A stretch of 64,000 nt of DNA from Thiomicrospira cyclica (lineage in GTDB: Bacteria > Pseudomonadota > Gammaproteobacteria > Thiomicrospirales > Thiomicrospiraceae), in NCBI GenBank assembly GCA_022736205.1, contig DZAT01000002.1, positions 19,308 to 83,307 on the forward strand, written 5' to 3'. Position numbers and translations under genes: made by a program. This document shows positions 27,535 to 37,859 of the stretch, in pieces (positions within the stretch are counted from its first letter, which is position 1; every line of letters begins with the position of its first letter). Below the pieces are notes generated by a model. The model ran no database searches. It was not told the origin of the DNA and saw nothing but the letters and a program-made list of their open reading frames with translations.

Positions 27535-29969
27535 CTAACGAGATATCAACTTCATGCCTGAAGCCGTACCATTCGCAAGCGTAAAACGTGCCACACGCGC
27601 TTGTACTTCTTGCGCCTGATTGCGCATGGTTTCAGCAGCAGATGACGTTTCTTCGACCAATGCCGCATTTTGCTGCGTTGACTGATCAATATCAGCAACA
27701 GAGCGGTTCACCTGCACCACACCCTCGCGTTGCTCATTCATGGCAGCAGCGATGGTCACAATAGCGGCATCGGTTTCGGATAGGCGTGCTTGAATGGCTG
27801 CAAAAGCATCAACTGTCTGAGCAACCAACTTGTCACCCGTATCCACTTTAACAACAGTTTGATCGATTAACACTTTAATATCCTTGGCTGCATCTGCCGA
27901 TTTACCTGCCAAGGCACGCACCTCAGAGGCCACGACAGCAAAACCACGACCATGTTCACTCGCGCGAGCTGCCTCTACCGCAGCATTGAGCGCCAACAGA
28001 TTCGTCTGGAAAGCAATCGAATCAATTAACGATACAATTGCGGTGATTTTTTGGTTTGCTTCGCCAATTTCACGCATCGCTTGTACCGTCTGATTCATTA
28101 AGACCACGCCACTTTGTGCGGCTGTTTGTGTATTAGCAGCCAGTACACGCGCTTGTTGTGCATTGTCTGCTGTTTGGGCGATGCCATGCGTCATATGCGT
28201 CATGGCTGTTGCTGTTTTTTCGACTGACTGCGCTTGTGTCTGTGTGCGACTCGACAAATCAGTATTACCCGTTGCCACTTCTTCCGCTGCATGCGCCACC
28301 ACACCCGATGCTCGAGCAATGTCTAGCATACTGTCGTGAATACTGCGCACACCATTGTTGAATGCCTGCGTAATATTACCTAACTCGCCTTGATACTGCC
28401 CCTTAATCTGAGCCGTTAAATCGCCATGCGACATAGCACCAGCGGCATTACTCAACTCGTCCATACTGGCACGCAAGGCACGAACAGAACCGTTCACACT
28501 GTCTTTCAAACCAACCCAGTCACCCTGAGCTTGCATTGTCAACTCACGACTAAAATCACCCGCTGCAACCGCACGCATGCTATCGTTAATCTGAGCAATG
28601 GTCGTACCCAAGTTTTGTAATGCAGAATCGACTTGCGCACGCATATGCGCTTCAACACTGGTATCCATTCGATAGTCGAATTGACCGCGACCCAGCGCAT
28701 CCATCGCATGCGACAAGGCTTTCATATTGTCTTGCAATGCAACGACAGCCGTATTTAAGTTTGTTTTCAGCACACCCAAATCACCGGGCAAGTCAGCTTC
28801 GATGCGCTGACGGAAATCACCCTCTGCAACCTTATTCAGCACACTGTTAACACTGCCCAACGACTGCGACAACATGGTAAGCAATCCATTAACAGCGCCA
28901 GCCATTCGACCCATTTCATCATCTGGCATACCCATAATATGATGATCGAACCGTCCCGACTGTTGAATGTCTGCCAACTGACGTTGCATTAAGCCAATCG
29001 GCTTAGAAACCTGAACGCGTACTGCCAGCCAAACAACCAGCATAATACCCAAAACTAAGACAAGCATAATGCCCTCTAGCATGGTCGCCACAGAATCCAA
29101 TTCGGCAAAACGTTCTGCCAGTACCGATTTATCGAAACCGATCAATTGATAACCAATATTCTCGCCTTTGGCGTTGGTAATCGGCAACACACTAACCACA
29201 CGTGTCGCATCTTGCCATTGATCTTTTGCCACAATGGCATCAATCGGTAAAGTGGCATACCACTGTTGAGACTTTTCTCTAAAATGTTGATTGTGCGCAA
29301 TGTAATAACGACCAAAACGCGTATTGTCCTTGCCTTTCTTGAACGTCTCGAGTGCTTTGTCGTTTAGTAAGGCAATATGATAAATATTTTCTTGTAACAA
29401 CTTATCGTTAATAGAGCCAAAACCCGAACGAAACTCGAGCACACCAACGGGTTTGCCCTTGGCTTCTACACCCACCATGCTCGATAAAACCAAACCGCCA
29501 CTGGAAAGATCGATGCCCATATGAGAACTTTTTGTACCCGCTAAGATTTCTTTGATACCCGCAAGGTTGCATCCTTGCCACGTCCTGTATCAGGCTCGGT
29601 AACGTAAGTACGTAACAAGAAATTACCGTCGGCATCAACAATAAGAAACTGAATATTCTTATTCTCTGTTTTTTTAGCGTAACTATCCGAAACGTCTTTG
29701 AGTACTTCTGCCAACGCCTCGTGGTCTTGCAAAGCGACGTTAGTCTTAATGGTCTGACTGGTTGCAATAGACACAGCACCACCCACACCAGCAATCAATT
29801 TTTCTTGTACCGTTCCATTAAAAGAAGCAATCACTTGCAGTCGATAACCATCAACCGCTGACGCAAGCATGCCCTGCTTAACCTGATTGGTAACCAGAAC
29901 GCCTGCAATGAACAAAATCGCAGCGGTTGCACCAATCCAAAGCAACATTTTTGACGAGATATTACGCAT
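27535..29969 (-). pseudogene. Methyl-accepting chemotaxis protein (Cache-like sensor, multiple HAMP) split by a 1-nt frameshift
   Basis: The upstream frame (29541-29969) reads MRNISSKMLLWIGATAAILFIAGVLV..., giving TM1 and the start of the sensor. The downstream frame (27535-29559) gives the rest of the sensor, TM2, HAMP repeats and the signalling hairpin [31 protein letters not shown]. The frames join as ...[23 protein letters not shown]... if one G is added to the GGG run (CCC 29558-29560 on the + strand). Confidence 0.7.
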
Positions 29970-30255
29970 TATTTTAACAATCCTTATACTATTATTATTG
30001 TCCATGACACCTAGCACAAAACGCACAAAAAAGCGTGCCCTGCTAATGGACTTAAAACATGATGTTACATCATTATTGATTTGAGTATAGCCCAAACGAA
30101 AACACAAATCTAGCACAGCTAATGGGTGAATAAGCATTCATTTTGTAAAGACAGCAATACCCGCACAGAGAACCCAACACAACCACCAAAACTTACTGGT
30201 TTTGGTTCGGTTATTACGTTATAATATAAGGTCATACTGTTTAAATGAGGTTTAT

Positions 30256-30480
30256 ATGGCACGCGTCACCGTAGAAGATTGCCTAGATCAGGTAGAAAAT
30301 CGTTTTGAATTGGTGCTGGTTGGTGCTAAACGCGCTCGTCAATTATCACGTGGTGCTTCTGCAACCATAGAATGGGAACAAGACAAGCCGACGGTTGTCG
30401 CCCTACGCGAACTGGCTGCACACAAAATCACGCCTAAAACGATTTTGGCTGACGAAGAAACACCTCCCTACTTTTATTAA
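30256..30480 (+). CDS. rpoZ: RNA polymerase omega subunit
   Basis: ATG 30256 follows a GAGG SD and gives [30 protein letters not shown], the canonical RpoZ N-terminus. Confidence 0.92.
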   Translation: MARVTVEDCLDQVENRFELVLVGAKRARQLSRGASATIEWEQDKPTVVALRELAAHKITPKTILADEETPPYFY

Positions 30481-30494
30481 GAGCGCACTGGCAG

Positions 30495-32660
30495 ATGGAC
30501 AAAGACTGCGGTGTTGCGCCGTCAAACCAACAAGACTGTCTGCCAGACCCGCTTTGTCTGCAAAGGCTGCTTCAGAAAGCCTGCTACCTTAAAACCGATC
30601 AGCAAGATCGGCTACGTTCTGCATTTTGGTTCGGTGCACAGGCACACCAAGGGCAAATGCGTAAAAGTGGCGAACCTTATATTACCCACCCCCTCGCTGT
30701 TGCTGGCATTTTAGCTGACATTCATTTAGATGTTGATAGCTTAACGGCTGCTATTTTGCACGATGTGGTCGAAGATACCGTCATCAATCGCGGCGATGTT
30801 GCGGTTCACTTTGGCGAAGATGTTGCTAATCTTGTCGAAGGGGTTACTAAACTGGGTAAACTCGAGTTTTCTAATCCTCAAGAAGCACAAGCCGAAAACT
30901 TCCGTAAAATGCTGATGGCAATGGCGCGCGATTTACGTGTCATTCTCATTAAACTGGCTGACCGCTTACATAACATGCGCACCATCGGTAGCATGCGTCC
31001 TGATAAACGCCGACGCATCGCACGTGAAACACTCGACATCTATGCCCCTATTGCCGCTCGCCTAGGTATTAATGCTTGGCGAATGGAGTTGGAAGATTTG
31101 TGTTTTACCGCCAAGTTTCCCATTCGTGCACGTGTTCTTGCCGACGGTGTGCGTAAAGCACGCGGCAACCGCAAAGAGTTGGTGGAACAAATCACCGATG
31201 CTATCGCTCATCGATTGATGCAAGAAGGTCTTGTCTGTGACGTTAAAGGACGCGAAAAACACCTGTTTAGTTTATATAAAAAAATGAAGCAAAAGCGATT
31301 GCATTTCAATGAAGTGATGGATATTTACGCTTTTCGCATCATTGTTGATAATGCCGATGCCTGTTATCGCACCTTAGGCATGATTCATTCGTTGTATAAA
31401 CCCGTACCAGGTAAGTTTAAAGATTATATCGCCATCCCTAAACCCAATGGCTACCAATCGTTACACACCGTGTTATTTGCGACACAAGGCGTGCATATCG
31501 AAGTGCAAATTCGCTCTAACGATATGCATACACTTGCCGAACATGGTGTTGCAGCGCATTGGTCTTATAAGCTCAATGGTTCTTCTCGTGTTGCAGCAGC
31601 CGACCAACGCGCACAAGAATGGGTTAAGCATTTGCTCGAAATGCAACAGAGCGCGGGCAACTCACTCGACTTTTTAGAAACGGTTAAAATCGACTTATTC
31701 CCTGATAGCTTATATGTATTTACACCCGATGGCGATATCAAAACCTTACCGCGAGGCGCAACTGTTGTCGATTTTGCCTACGCAGTACACACCAAACTAG
31801 GGCACACCTGTATTGGGGCGCGTGTCAACAGAATGCCTGTACCGCTCAAAACCCAACTACAAAATGGTCAAACCGTTGAAATTGTTCGTGGTAGTGCGCC
31901 CGCTCCCAACCCCAACTGGCTTGACTTTGTCACCACTGCAAAAGCGCGCAGCCAAATTCGCCACTATCTTAAAAACCAACACAGTGAGCATGCCATCGCT
32001 CTAGGCGATCGACTGCTTAAAAAAGCACTGCACGCTTTGGGCATACCCAGCACGCCCATTCCGACGAAGCAACAACAACATTTATTGCTCGAACTTAAAG
32101 CAGCCGACTGGAGCGAGCTGTTAATGACCATTGGTTTAGGAAATCGCTTACCCGCACTGGTTGCCAAACAAATCGCCGACGGCTTAAATGAAAGCAACCC
32201 CATACCGACCTTGTCACAACCATTGCACATATCGGGTACTGAAGGTTTAGCATTAAGTTACGCGCACTGTTGTCACCCCATTCCAGGCGACTCCATTATG
32301 GGGTTTATTAGCAGTGAACGGGGGTTGGTCATTCATCGTACCAGCTGTCCAAACCTACTCAACTTCCGTAAGCACCCCGAAAAGTGGCTCGATGTACAGT
32401 GGGAGGAAGGCATTAATAGCGAGCTCCCCGTGGCGATTACAATTGAAACGCACAATAAGCGTGGTGTGCTCGCAATGGTTGCCAATACCATTGCAACGGA
32501 AGGGTCAAACATTGAAAGTGTCGATAATGCCGATAAAGACAACCATCACAGCGTCATGCATTTTACCATTACCGTACGCGATCTTGATCATATACACAGT
32601 GTGTTGCGTCGTTTGCGCAATATGCCAGACGTGCTCAGTGCTGAACGAGATGCAAGCTAA
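30495..32660 (+). CDS. spoT: Bifunctional (p)ppGpp synthetase/hydrolase
   Basis: 721 aa. HD hydrolase domain (ITHPLAVAGILADIHLD...HDVVEDT), RelA/SpoT synthetase domain, TGS and C-terminal ACT-like domains. It follows rpoZ as in the gmk-rpoZ-spoT arrangement. The exact start is uncertain. Confidence 0.9.
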   Translation: MDKDCGVAPSNQQDCLPDPLCLQRLLQKACYLKTDQQDRLRSAFWFGAQAHQGQMRKSGEPYITHPLAVAGILADIHLDVDSLTAAILHDVVEDTVINRGDVAVHFGEDVANLVEGVTKLGKLEFSNPQEAQAENFRKMLMAMARDLRVILIKLADRLHNMRTIGSMRPDKRRRIARETLDIYAPIAARLGINAWRMELEDLCFTAKFPIRARVLADGVRKARGNRKELVEQITDAIAHRLMQEGLVCDVKGREKHLFSLYKKMKQKRLHFNEVMDIYAFRIIVDNADACYRTLGMIHSLYKPVPGKFKDYIAIPKPNGYQSLHTVLFATQGVHIEVQIRSNDMHTLAEHGVAAHWSYKLNGSSRVAAADQRAQEWVKHLLEMQQSAGNSLDFLETVKIDLFPDSLYVFTPDGDIKTLPRGATVVDFAYAVHTKLGHTCIGARVNRMPVPLKTQLQNGQTVEIVRGSAPAPNPNWLDFVTTAKARSQIRHYLKNQHSEHAIALGDRLLKKALHALGIPSTPIPTKQQQHLLLELKAADWSELLMTIGLGNRLPALVAKQIADGLNESNPIPTLSQPLHISGTEGLALSYAHCCHPIPGDSIMGFISSERGLVIHRTSCPNLLNFRKHPEKWLDVQWEEGINSELPVAITIETHNKRGVLAMVANTIATEGSNIESVDNADKDNHHSVMHFTITVRDLDHIHSVLRRLRNMPDVLSAERDAS

Positions 32661-32673
32661 AGGGGTCTAAACC

Positions 32674-34113
32674 ATGCTCTTAGCCTTCGTTGTTGTGTAT
32701 ATTCTCATGTCGCTTGCTGTTAGTTTGTGGGCAGCGCGACGCGTTCATTCTGCACGCGATTTCTATACAGCGGGGCGATCGTTACCGCTGAGCATGGTAA
32801 CCGCCATGATGTTTGCAGGATGGTTTGGCGCAGAAACCGTACTGGGCATTCCCGCTACCTTTATGGAAGACGGCGTTATTGGTTTAATTTCTGACCCCTT
32901 AGGTGCTGCCGCATGTTTGATTATTTTTGGTGTCTTTTTTGCACGCCGTTTATATCGTTTAAACATGATGACCATTGGCGACTTTTATCGTCGTCGCTAT
33001 GATCGGGGCATCGAAGTCCTGACAGGGTTTGCCATTGCCTTGTCTTATTTGGGCTGGGTTGCTGCACAGATTACCGCACTTGGCATGATGATTCATTTGC
33101 TTTCTGGCAACCTTGTTAGCGTCGAGCAAGGTATTATGCTCGGCACTGGCATCGTGTTAATCTATACCATTGTTGGCGGCTTGTGGTCGGTAGCGATTAC
33201 CACCTCGATTCAAATTGTCATTACCGTTATCAGCCTCAGCTGCATTGCTTGGTTATTAGCCAGCCAAGTTGGCGGCATCGAACCTGTCATCGACCATGCG
33301 ATTGCAAACAACGCCTTTAGCCTAAAGGAAGAGGTTACACCCCTACTGGCACTGGCAATGCTGACTTCTTTTATTACCCTTGCGTTTGGTTCGGTGCCCC
33401 AACAAGATGTTTTCCAACGCGCCAATGCTGCGCGTAACGAAAACATTGCGGTATGGAGTGCGATATTAGGTGGCAGCCTGTATCTACTGTTTACAGCCGT
33501 ACCGCTGTTTATGGCTTACACCGCCAATTTAATTAATCCTGAATTCGTCAGTCACATCATGCAAACCGATGGAGAGTCGCTGTTACCGCGAGTGATCGAG
33601 CAGCAGTTACCCCTATTTGCCCAAGTCATTTTTTATGGTGCACTGGTTGGTGTGATTATGGGAACATCTGCCAGTACTTTGCTCGCACCGAGCTTTATGA
33701 TTACCGAAAACTTACTCAAAGGACTGTTCACCAGACCACTAAGCGATAAACAGTTACTATTGCTAACACGCGCGGTCTTAACGGGTTTTGCTGTATTGGT
33801 TTGTTGGTATGCACTTTGGTCGCGCGAACAAGATACCGGCATTCATGCCATGGTCGAGGCAGCCTATAAAGTTACCTTAGTTGTTGCTTTTGTGCCTTTG
33901 GTGGCGGGACTATTTTGGGCAAAAGCCAATAAAGTCGGTGCTTGGTGGTCAATCTTATTAGGACTAAGTGTCTGGATTGGCTGCGAGTTGGCATTTCCCG
34001 ATGCGCTTGTTGGCGCACAATGGTGGGGTCTATTAGCCAGCACACTGGGCATGGTAGTGGGGAGTCGCTTTGCTTGGAAAGAGACTCAAACGCTGCAGCA
34101 GTACCGTCTTTAA
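32674..34113 (+). CDS. Sodium:solute symporter (SSF) family transporter
   Basis: 479 aa, polytopic. The N-terminus ...AARRVHSARDFYTAGRSLPL... is typical of SSF. The substrate is unknown. Confidence 0.7.
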   Translation: MLLAFVVVYILMSLAVSLWAARRVHSARDFYTAGRSLPLSMVTAMMFAGWFGAETVLGIPATFMEDGVIGLISDPLGAAACLIIFGVFFARRLYRLNMMTIGDFYRRRYDRGIEVLTGFAIALSYLGWVAAQITALGMMIHLLSGNLVSVEQGIMLGTGIVLIYTIVGGLWSVAITTSIQIVITVISLSCIAWLLASQVGGIEPVIDHAIANNAFSLKEEVTPLLALAMLTSFITLAFGSVPQQDVFQRANAARNENIAVWSAILGGSLYLLFTAVPLFMAYTANLINPEFVSHIMQTDGESLLPRVIEQQLPLFAQVIFYGALVGVIMGTSASTLLAPSFMITENLLKGLFTRPLSDKQLLLLTRAVLTGFAVLVCWYALWSREQDTGIHAMVEAAYKVTLVVAFVPLVAGLFWAKANKVGAWWSILLGLSVWIGCELAFPDALVGAQWWGLLASTLGMVVGSRFAWKETQTLQQYRL

Positions 34114-34202
34114 AAAACGCACAGCAAACAAAAAATAATCAATAAGCTACAAAAAGCCTATCGTATTTGATGATCTTCTGATTTTACGAAGTGCTCTACG
34201 CA

Positions 34203-34228
34203 GCAACTCCCGCGTTCGCGGGAGTTGC
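34203..34228. repeat. REP-like palindrome related to the 15470/15512 elements
   Basis: GCAACTCCCGC-GTTC-GCGGGAGTTGC forms an 11-bp stem. The core TCCCGC-N4-GCGGGA and a nearby CGTCAT (minus strand, 34234-39) are shared with the other copies. Confidence 0.45.
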
Positions 34229-34267
34229 AAGTTATGACGACAAAGGATACAACTAATGGAGTTTAAT

Positions 34268-34423
34268 CTACTTAGAAATAGCACCAATCGCAAGCAACGC
34301 TGGCCATATAATACCTTTTCCTATTGCATTCCAGAAGCCTAAATATGGGGTATACTCAAGAGCACTAACGCCTAATACTCCAATCACATATATGGTCATT
34401 AAATATTGTTTAATTTTTACCAT
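34268..34423 (-). CDS. Unlisted small membrane protein (51 aa)
   Basis: It begins 5 nt after the stop of the DUF2628-like gene and translates to MVKIKQYLMTIYVIGVLGVSALEYTPYLGFWNAIGKGIIWPALLAIGAISK, two hydrophobic segments. The SD is weak. Confidence 0.3.
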   Translation of the reverse strand: MVKIKQYLMTIYVIGVLGVSALEYTPYLGFWNAIGKGIIWPALLAIGAISK

Positions 34424-34428
34424 GCTTC

Positions 34429-34815
34429 TTACTGATTTTTAGTTGCAAATGCCGATATAGCAGCATCCTTATTAACTGCTAGTGTTATTTCTTTTTGCAC
34501 ATAACCATCCTTAATCAATCTTGCAATCTGAAGCGATGATGCTTTTGTAGAAAAATAAATGTGATATACCAATACCAACATAAACATAATGCCTGTGCCA
34601 CCTGGAATTTGCGCCAGTTCAGACGATACTGCAGGATCTGGCGATCCTTGATATCCCAATATAAGCAAATCAAATAGTGCCGTAACCGCTGCTATAACCC
34701 AAAGCTTATTTAAGCCTGCCCAAACTGGGGTCAAGAAAAAAGCAAAATAACTCTTTCCAAGTTGTACAGCTTCAATCGCACCATCATTGTTTTTTAAAAT
34801 GGCATATTGCTTCAT
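34429..34815 (-). CDS. DUF2628-like small membrane protein
   Basis: 128 aa. The N-terminal soluble segment is followed by KSYFAFFLTPVWAGLNKLWVIAAV, which fits the DUF2628 pattern (GfsW.AFfF.p.W.l...W). Two TMs. Confidence 0.5.
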   Translation of the reverse strand: MKQYAILKNNDGAIEAVQLGKSYFAFFLTPVWAGLNKLWVIAAVTALFDLLILGYQGSPDPAVSSELAQIPGGTGIMFMLVLVYHIYFSTKASSLQIARLIKDGYVQKEITLAVNKDAAISAFATKNQ

Positions 34816-34827
34816 AATACTCTCCTA

Positions 34828-35724
34828 CTATTTAGTTAATCTTGCAATAATTTTATTGCTTATTTCTTGAGATACCGATCTGCCTTCTTCCTTCGTTGTT
34901 GCAAGCAACCCTTGCAGCATAATTTCTAGCCTTATCAGTAATTGTTCATCATGAATTTTATTAAATCCAGAAACCATCTTTTCTACTTGTAGCTTGTATA
35001 AAGCTTGCGCTTTGTTCTTACTTGAAATTAATTTTTCTAATCCGGCCTCCAGATCCTTAATAGCTTTGTGCTTATCTTCTATTAGCTCTTCTTCATTAAT
35101 AAATTCAATGGCCAGATCTATTTCAGATTCTTCAATTTCACCATCAGCAGAAATCATTAGAGCCATGCACGAAATTAGATTATTAGCATAGGCTGATTTG
35201 TCATTTGTATTAGGCAATATTTTTATTTCTTGCTCTATATAGTTGTTTTCCTGAGAGGCTTTGGGTTTATGCTCATGAACGATTTCTACTTCTGCTATGT
35301 TGTTAGACTCTTGAATTAAAATTTTTTCAATAGCACCTATTAGCTCATGAATAACATTAAACAGCTTTGCTGGTTTAACATTAGATCCTGCCAGACATAT
35401 TACCGCTCCATACCCAAGCTGAAGATCATATTGATCAACTTTAATTTCATTTTTTCTTTCCAATAATTCTTGCCAATACAGTCTATTAACACTTGTTGGT
35501 GTTGTCCAAGAATTATTCCAAGAGATACCAGATGATGTAAAAGCTAAACCATTTTCACATGACCCGAAAATAGTCACGTCAATAATTCCCAATATCTCAT
35601 CATCTCGATCTATTGGATAATATGCTCGTGCTGCTTCTCTTTTTTTATGCGGAATATTATCCACATAAAAATCTCTATCTTGATGTTTCTTTAATAATTG
35701 ATAAATTATCTCCAGCGGCGACAT
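34828..35724 (-). CDS. TerB-domain protein with N-terminal bPH/GRAM-like segment
   Basis: 298 aa. The C-terminal half LISCMALMISADGEIEESEIDLAIEFI... fits the TerB fold. The N-terminal ILGIIDVTIFGSCENGLAFTSSGISW resembles membrane-proximal bPH/GRAM-like modules. Confidence 0.5.
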   Translation of the reverse strand: MSPLEIIYQLLKKHQDRDFYVDNIPHKKREAARAYYPIDRDDEILGIIDVTIFGSCENGLAFTSSGISWNNSWTTPTSVNRLYWQELLERKNEIKVDQYDLQLGYGAVICLAGSNVKPAKLFNVIHELIGAIEKILIQESNNIAEVEIVHEHKPKASQENNYIEQEIKILPNTNDKSAYANNLISCMALMISADGEIEESEIDLAIEFINEEELIEDKHKAIKDLEAGLEKLISSKNKAQALYKLQVEKMVSGFNKIHDEQLLIRLEIMLQGLLATTKEEGRSVSQEISNKIIARLTK

Positions 35725-35734
35725 TTCCTAACCC

Positions 35735-36553
35735 CTACTGCATTTTGTACTGATTTTTAATATAATCGTAAACGCACAATTTGTCTTTTGAATTGACTAA
35801 TTTAACTTTGTTGCCATAAATATATTTTGGATCATCTATAATTTTAAGATCAGTTCCAGATGTTAATACCATTAGATCTGGCAGAATTTGTTTATTGTTT
35901 TCTCTTAACTTTAATTTCGCTGTGTAACTGTAGCAAGGCTTTGTATAGTCTACGCCATCAATAATGATTGGTGTATCACAACCAGCATATTTATTATCAT
36001 CTGCAATATCAATTTGACCAGCTGATAACCAAACATCATCCATTCTAACAATTATAGTCGCTATCTTTCGTTCGTGACCTTCATAATCACTAGAATTTAT
36101 ATCGGCCAATATATGATATTGTTTATTTATCGTTCCTGTTACTCCAATCAATTGAGTATTATTTGGCTGTATTCCAGGTAAGTCGAAGTTACCCATAGGC
36201 GTTGATTTGTTTTTCTCTTTAAATGCCCACTCACCATTAGACTGCAACATATATGTCAATGAATAAATATGAAATCTGCAAGAGTCTTGATTACTTGCAC
36301 AGTTTTGTTTGGGATTAAAGTTTAGACTAAATGCCAAAGTATAAAAAACTTGATCGTCTAATACATATTGATAGTCGATCATTTTTTTAACTGTAGCCAA
36401 TTTTTTTAGAGATTGAATATCGTATTTGCTTTCTAAGTCTTGTGCAATTAACTTTACTAGCCTTTCTTCTGCGCCAATATTTGGCTGTGTTGCAGCCATT
36501 GCAGATGAAGTGAGAATAACAAAAGCAACCACAAAAATAATAAAATTTAACAC
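35735..36553 (-). CDS. Secreted hypothetical protein
   Basis: 272 aa. Signal peptide MLNFIIFVVAFVILTSSAMA. Several Cys residues. No recognisable family. AT-rich codon usage. Confidence 0.5.
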   Translation of the reverse strand: MLNFIIFVVAFVILTSSAMAATQPNIGAEERLVKLIAQDLESKYDIQSLKKLATVKKMIDYQYVLDDQVFYTLAFSLNFNPKQNCASNQDSCRFHIYSLTYMLQSNGEWAFKEKNKSTPMGNFDLPGIQPNNTQLIGVTGTINKQYHILADINSSDYEGHERKIATIIVRMDDVWLSAGQIDIADDNKYAGCDTPIIIDGVDYTKPCYSYTAKLKLRENNKQILPDLMVLTSGTDLKIIDDPKYIYGNKVKLVNSKDKLCVYDYIKNQYKMQ

Positions 36554-36592
36554 TTAGCACCCTATTCTGATTTTTTGACGCACGCTAAGAAC

Positions 36593-36605
36593 TATATATA
36601 TATAT
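36593..36605. repeat. (TA)6.5 dinucleotide repeat in the promoter region of the 272-aa gene
   Basis: TATATATATATAT lies about 40 nt upstream of ATG 36553. Confidence 0.6.
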
Positions 36606-36687
36606 GCGACGAGTCAACATTTTTATCCTTTATTTTGCAAATAATTTTAACGATCAATAACAACACAAGATGACAACACCATGAGTC

Positions 36688-37458
36688 TTACTGCAACTGA
36701 TAACGAATCGGCAATGACAGCGTCCACTCGCTTTTATTCAACTCAGGAGGAATCGGCGGGAGTTGACCATTAAGCCCTTGCATAAAGATATCGACGGCAG
36801 CGACATCTAAACTCTGTGATCCACTCGACTCCATAATCACAACATTGCTGATTTTACCCGATGCCAAAATGGTAAAACGTACCAATACCGTTCCCTCTTC
36901 CCCCATGCGTCTTGCTAATATAGGATACTGTTGCAAGGTAGCAATTCGTCCATGCACCATTGCTCGATAAGCCGACGCAATATCTTTGATCGCCGATGCC
37001 GACAAACTGGGGGGCTGTGCTGAAGGCACCGCTTCAACTTGCGTCTGACTGCTTGTAATTGTAGGTGTCATGGCTTCGGGAGGCTGTGGTGCAGTGGGTA
37101 AAGGACGCGTCATTTGTTCTGCAATACTGGCTGGCACACTGGGCTGCGCTTTGGTCGCAACCGCTTTATGCGCCTTACGATCACTGATCGCTTTACGAGG
37201 AGCGGCAGGAACAGGTTGTTTTTGTATGACTTTATCGTGTTTCACAGGAGGCGCTGCCGATAATTCGGGCAAAGAAATCGCTTTTGGCAACACTGGGGCA
37301 GTCGTTATCAGTGTCACCAAAGGCGTAACATCTTTTAGTGGCTCTACTGCTTGAGACCACTGCCAGTTGTGCCACAAGGCAAAAACCACGGCTACATGAA
37401 AGCTCAGTGCCATCAAAAAAGACAGGCTGCTACGCCCAAACACACCTTGATGCTGCAT
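36688..37458 (-). CDS. tonB: Energy transducer TonB
   Basis: 256 aa. N-terminal TM, Pro-rich spacer and a C-terminal TonB_C domain (GTVLVRFTILASGKISNVVIMESSG). It follows exbB-exbD. Confidence 0.75.
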   Translation of the reverse strand: MQHQGVFGRSSLSFLMALSFHVAVVFALWHNWQWSQAVEPLKDVTPLVTLITTAPVLPKAISLPELSAAPPVKHDKVIQKQPVPAAPRKAISDRKAHKAVATKAQPSVPASIAEQMTRPLPTAPQPPEAMTPTITSSQTQVEAVPSAQPPSLSASAIKDIASAYRAMVHGRIATLQQYPILARRMGEEGTVLVRFTILASGKISNVVIMESSGSQSLDVAAVDIFMQGLNGQLPPIPPELNKSEWTLSLPIRYQLQ

Positions 37459-37841
37459 TATTTGGGTTGTGTGTGAACGGACAACAAAGGCAGTTTCATG
37501 CCTTGCAACACATCCAGCACGCTCACAACCGTGCCAAAAACACAGCGCTGATCGATAAACACATCTACCGCTGTTTCTCGACTCACAGGAGACAAACGTG
37601 TTGCCAAGGCTTCTAGTGCGACCACCTCTCCTGCTACACGAACCACACCTGCGCTATCGAGCGTAATGGCTAATCGCTCACCTTGGGTTTGCACAGCACT
37701 GCCATGCTCTGCTGTTGCCAAGTCGACATCGAGCTGTTGTTGTACCACAAAAGTCGCTGTCACCAACACCATCGCTAATAATACCAACATCACGTCAATC
37801 AACGGGACGACATTAATCTCATCAAATTTCTTCATTGCCAT
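37458..37841 (-). CDS. exbD: Biopolymer transport protein ExbD/TolR
   Basis: 127 aa. EINVVPLIDVMLVLLAMVLV is the canonical ExbD N-terminus. Confidence 0.85.
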   Translation of the reverse strand: MAMKKFDEINVVPLIDVMLVLLAMVLVTATFVVQQQLDVDLATAEHGSAVQTQGERLAITLDSAGVVRVAGEVVALEALATRLSPVSRETAVDVFIDQRCVFGTVVSVLDVLQGMKLPLLSVHTQPK

Positions 37842-37859
37842 CGTATTGTGCTTCTTAAA

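Noticed and set aside
29408-29794. 128-aa ORF in the third frame spanning the MCP frameshift
   Set aside because: Both flanking frames carry recognisable chemoreceptor sequence that joins with a 1-nt correction. The third-frame product has no features.
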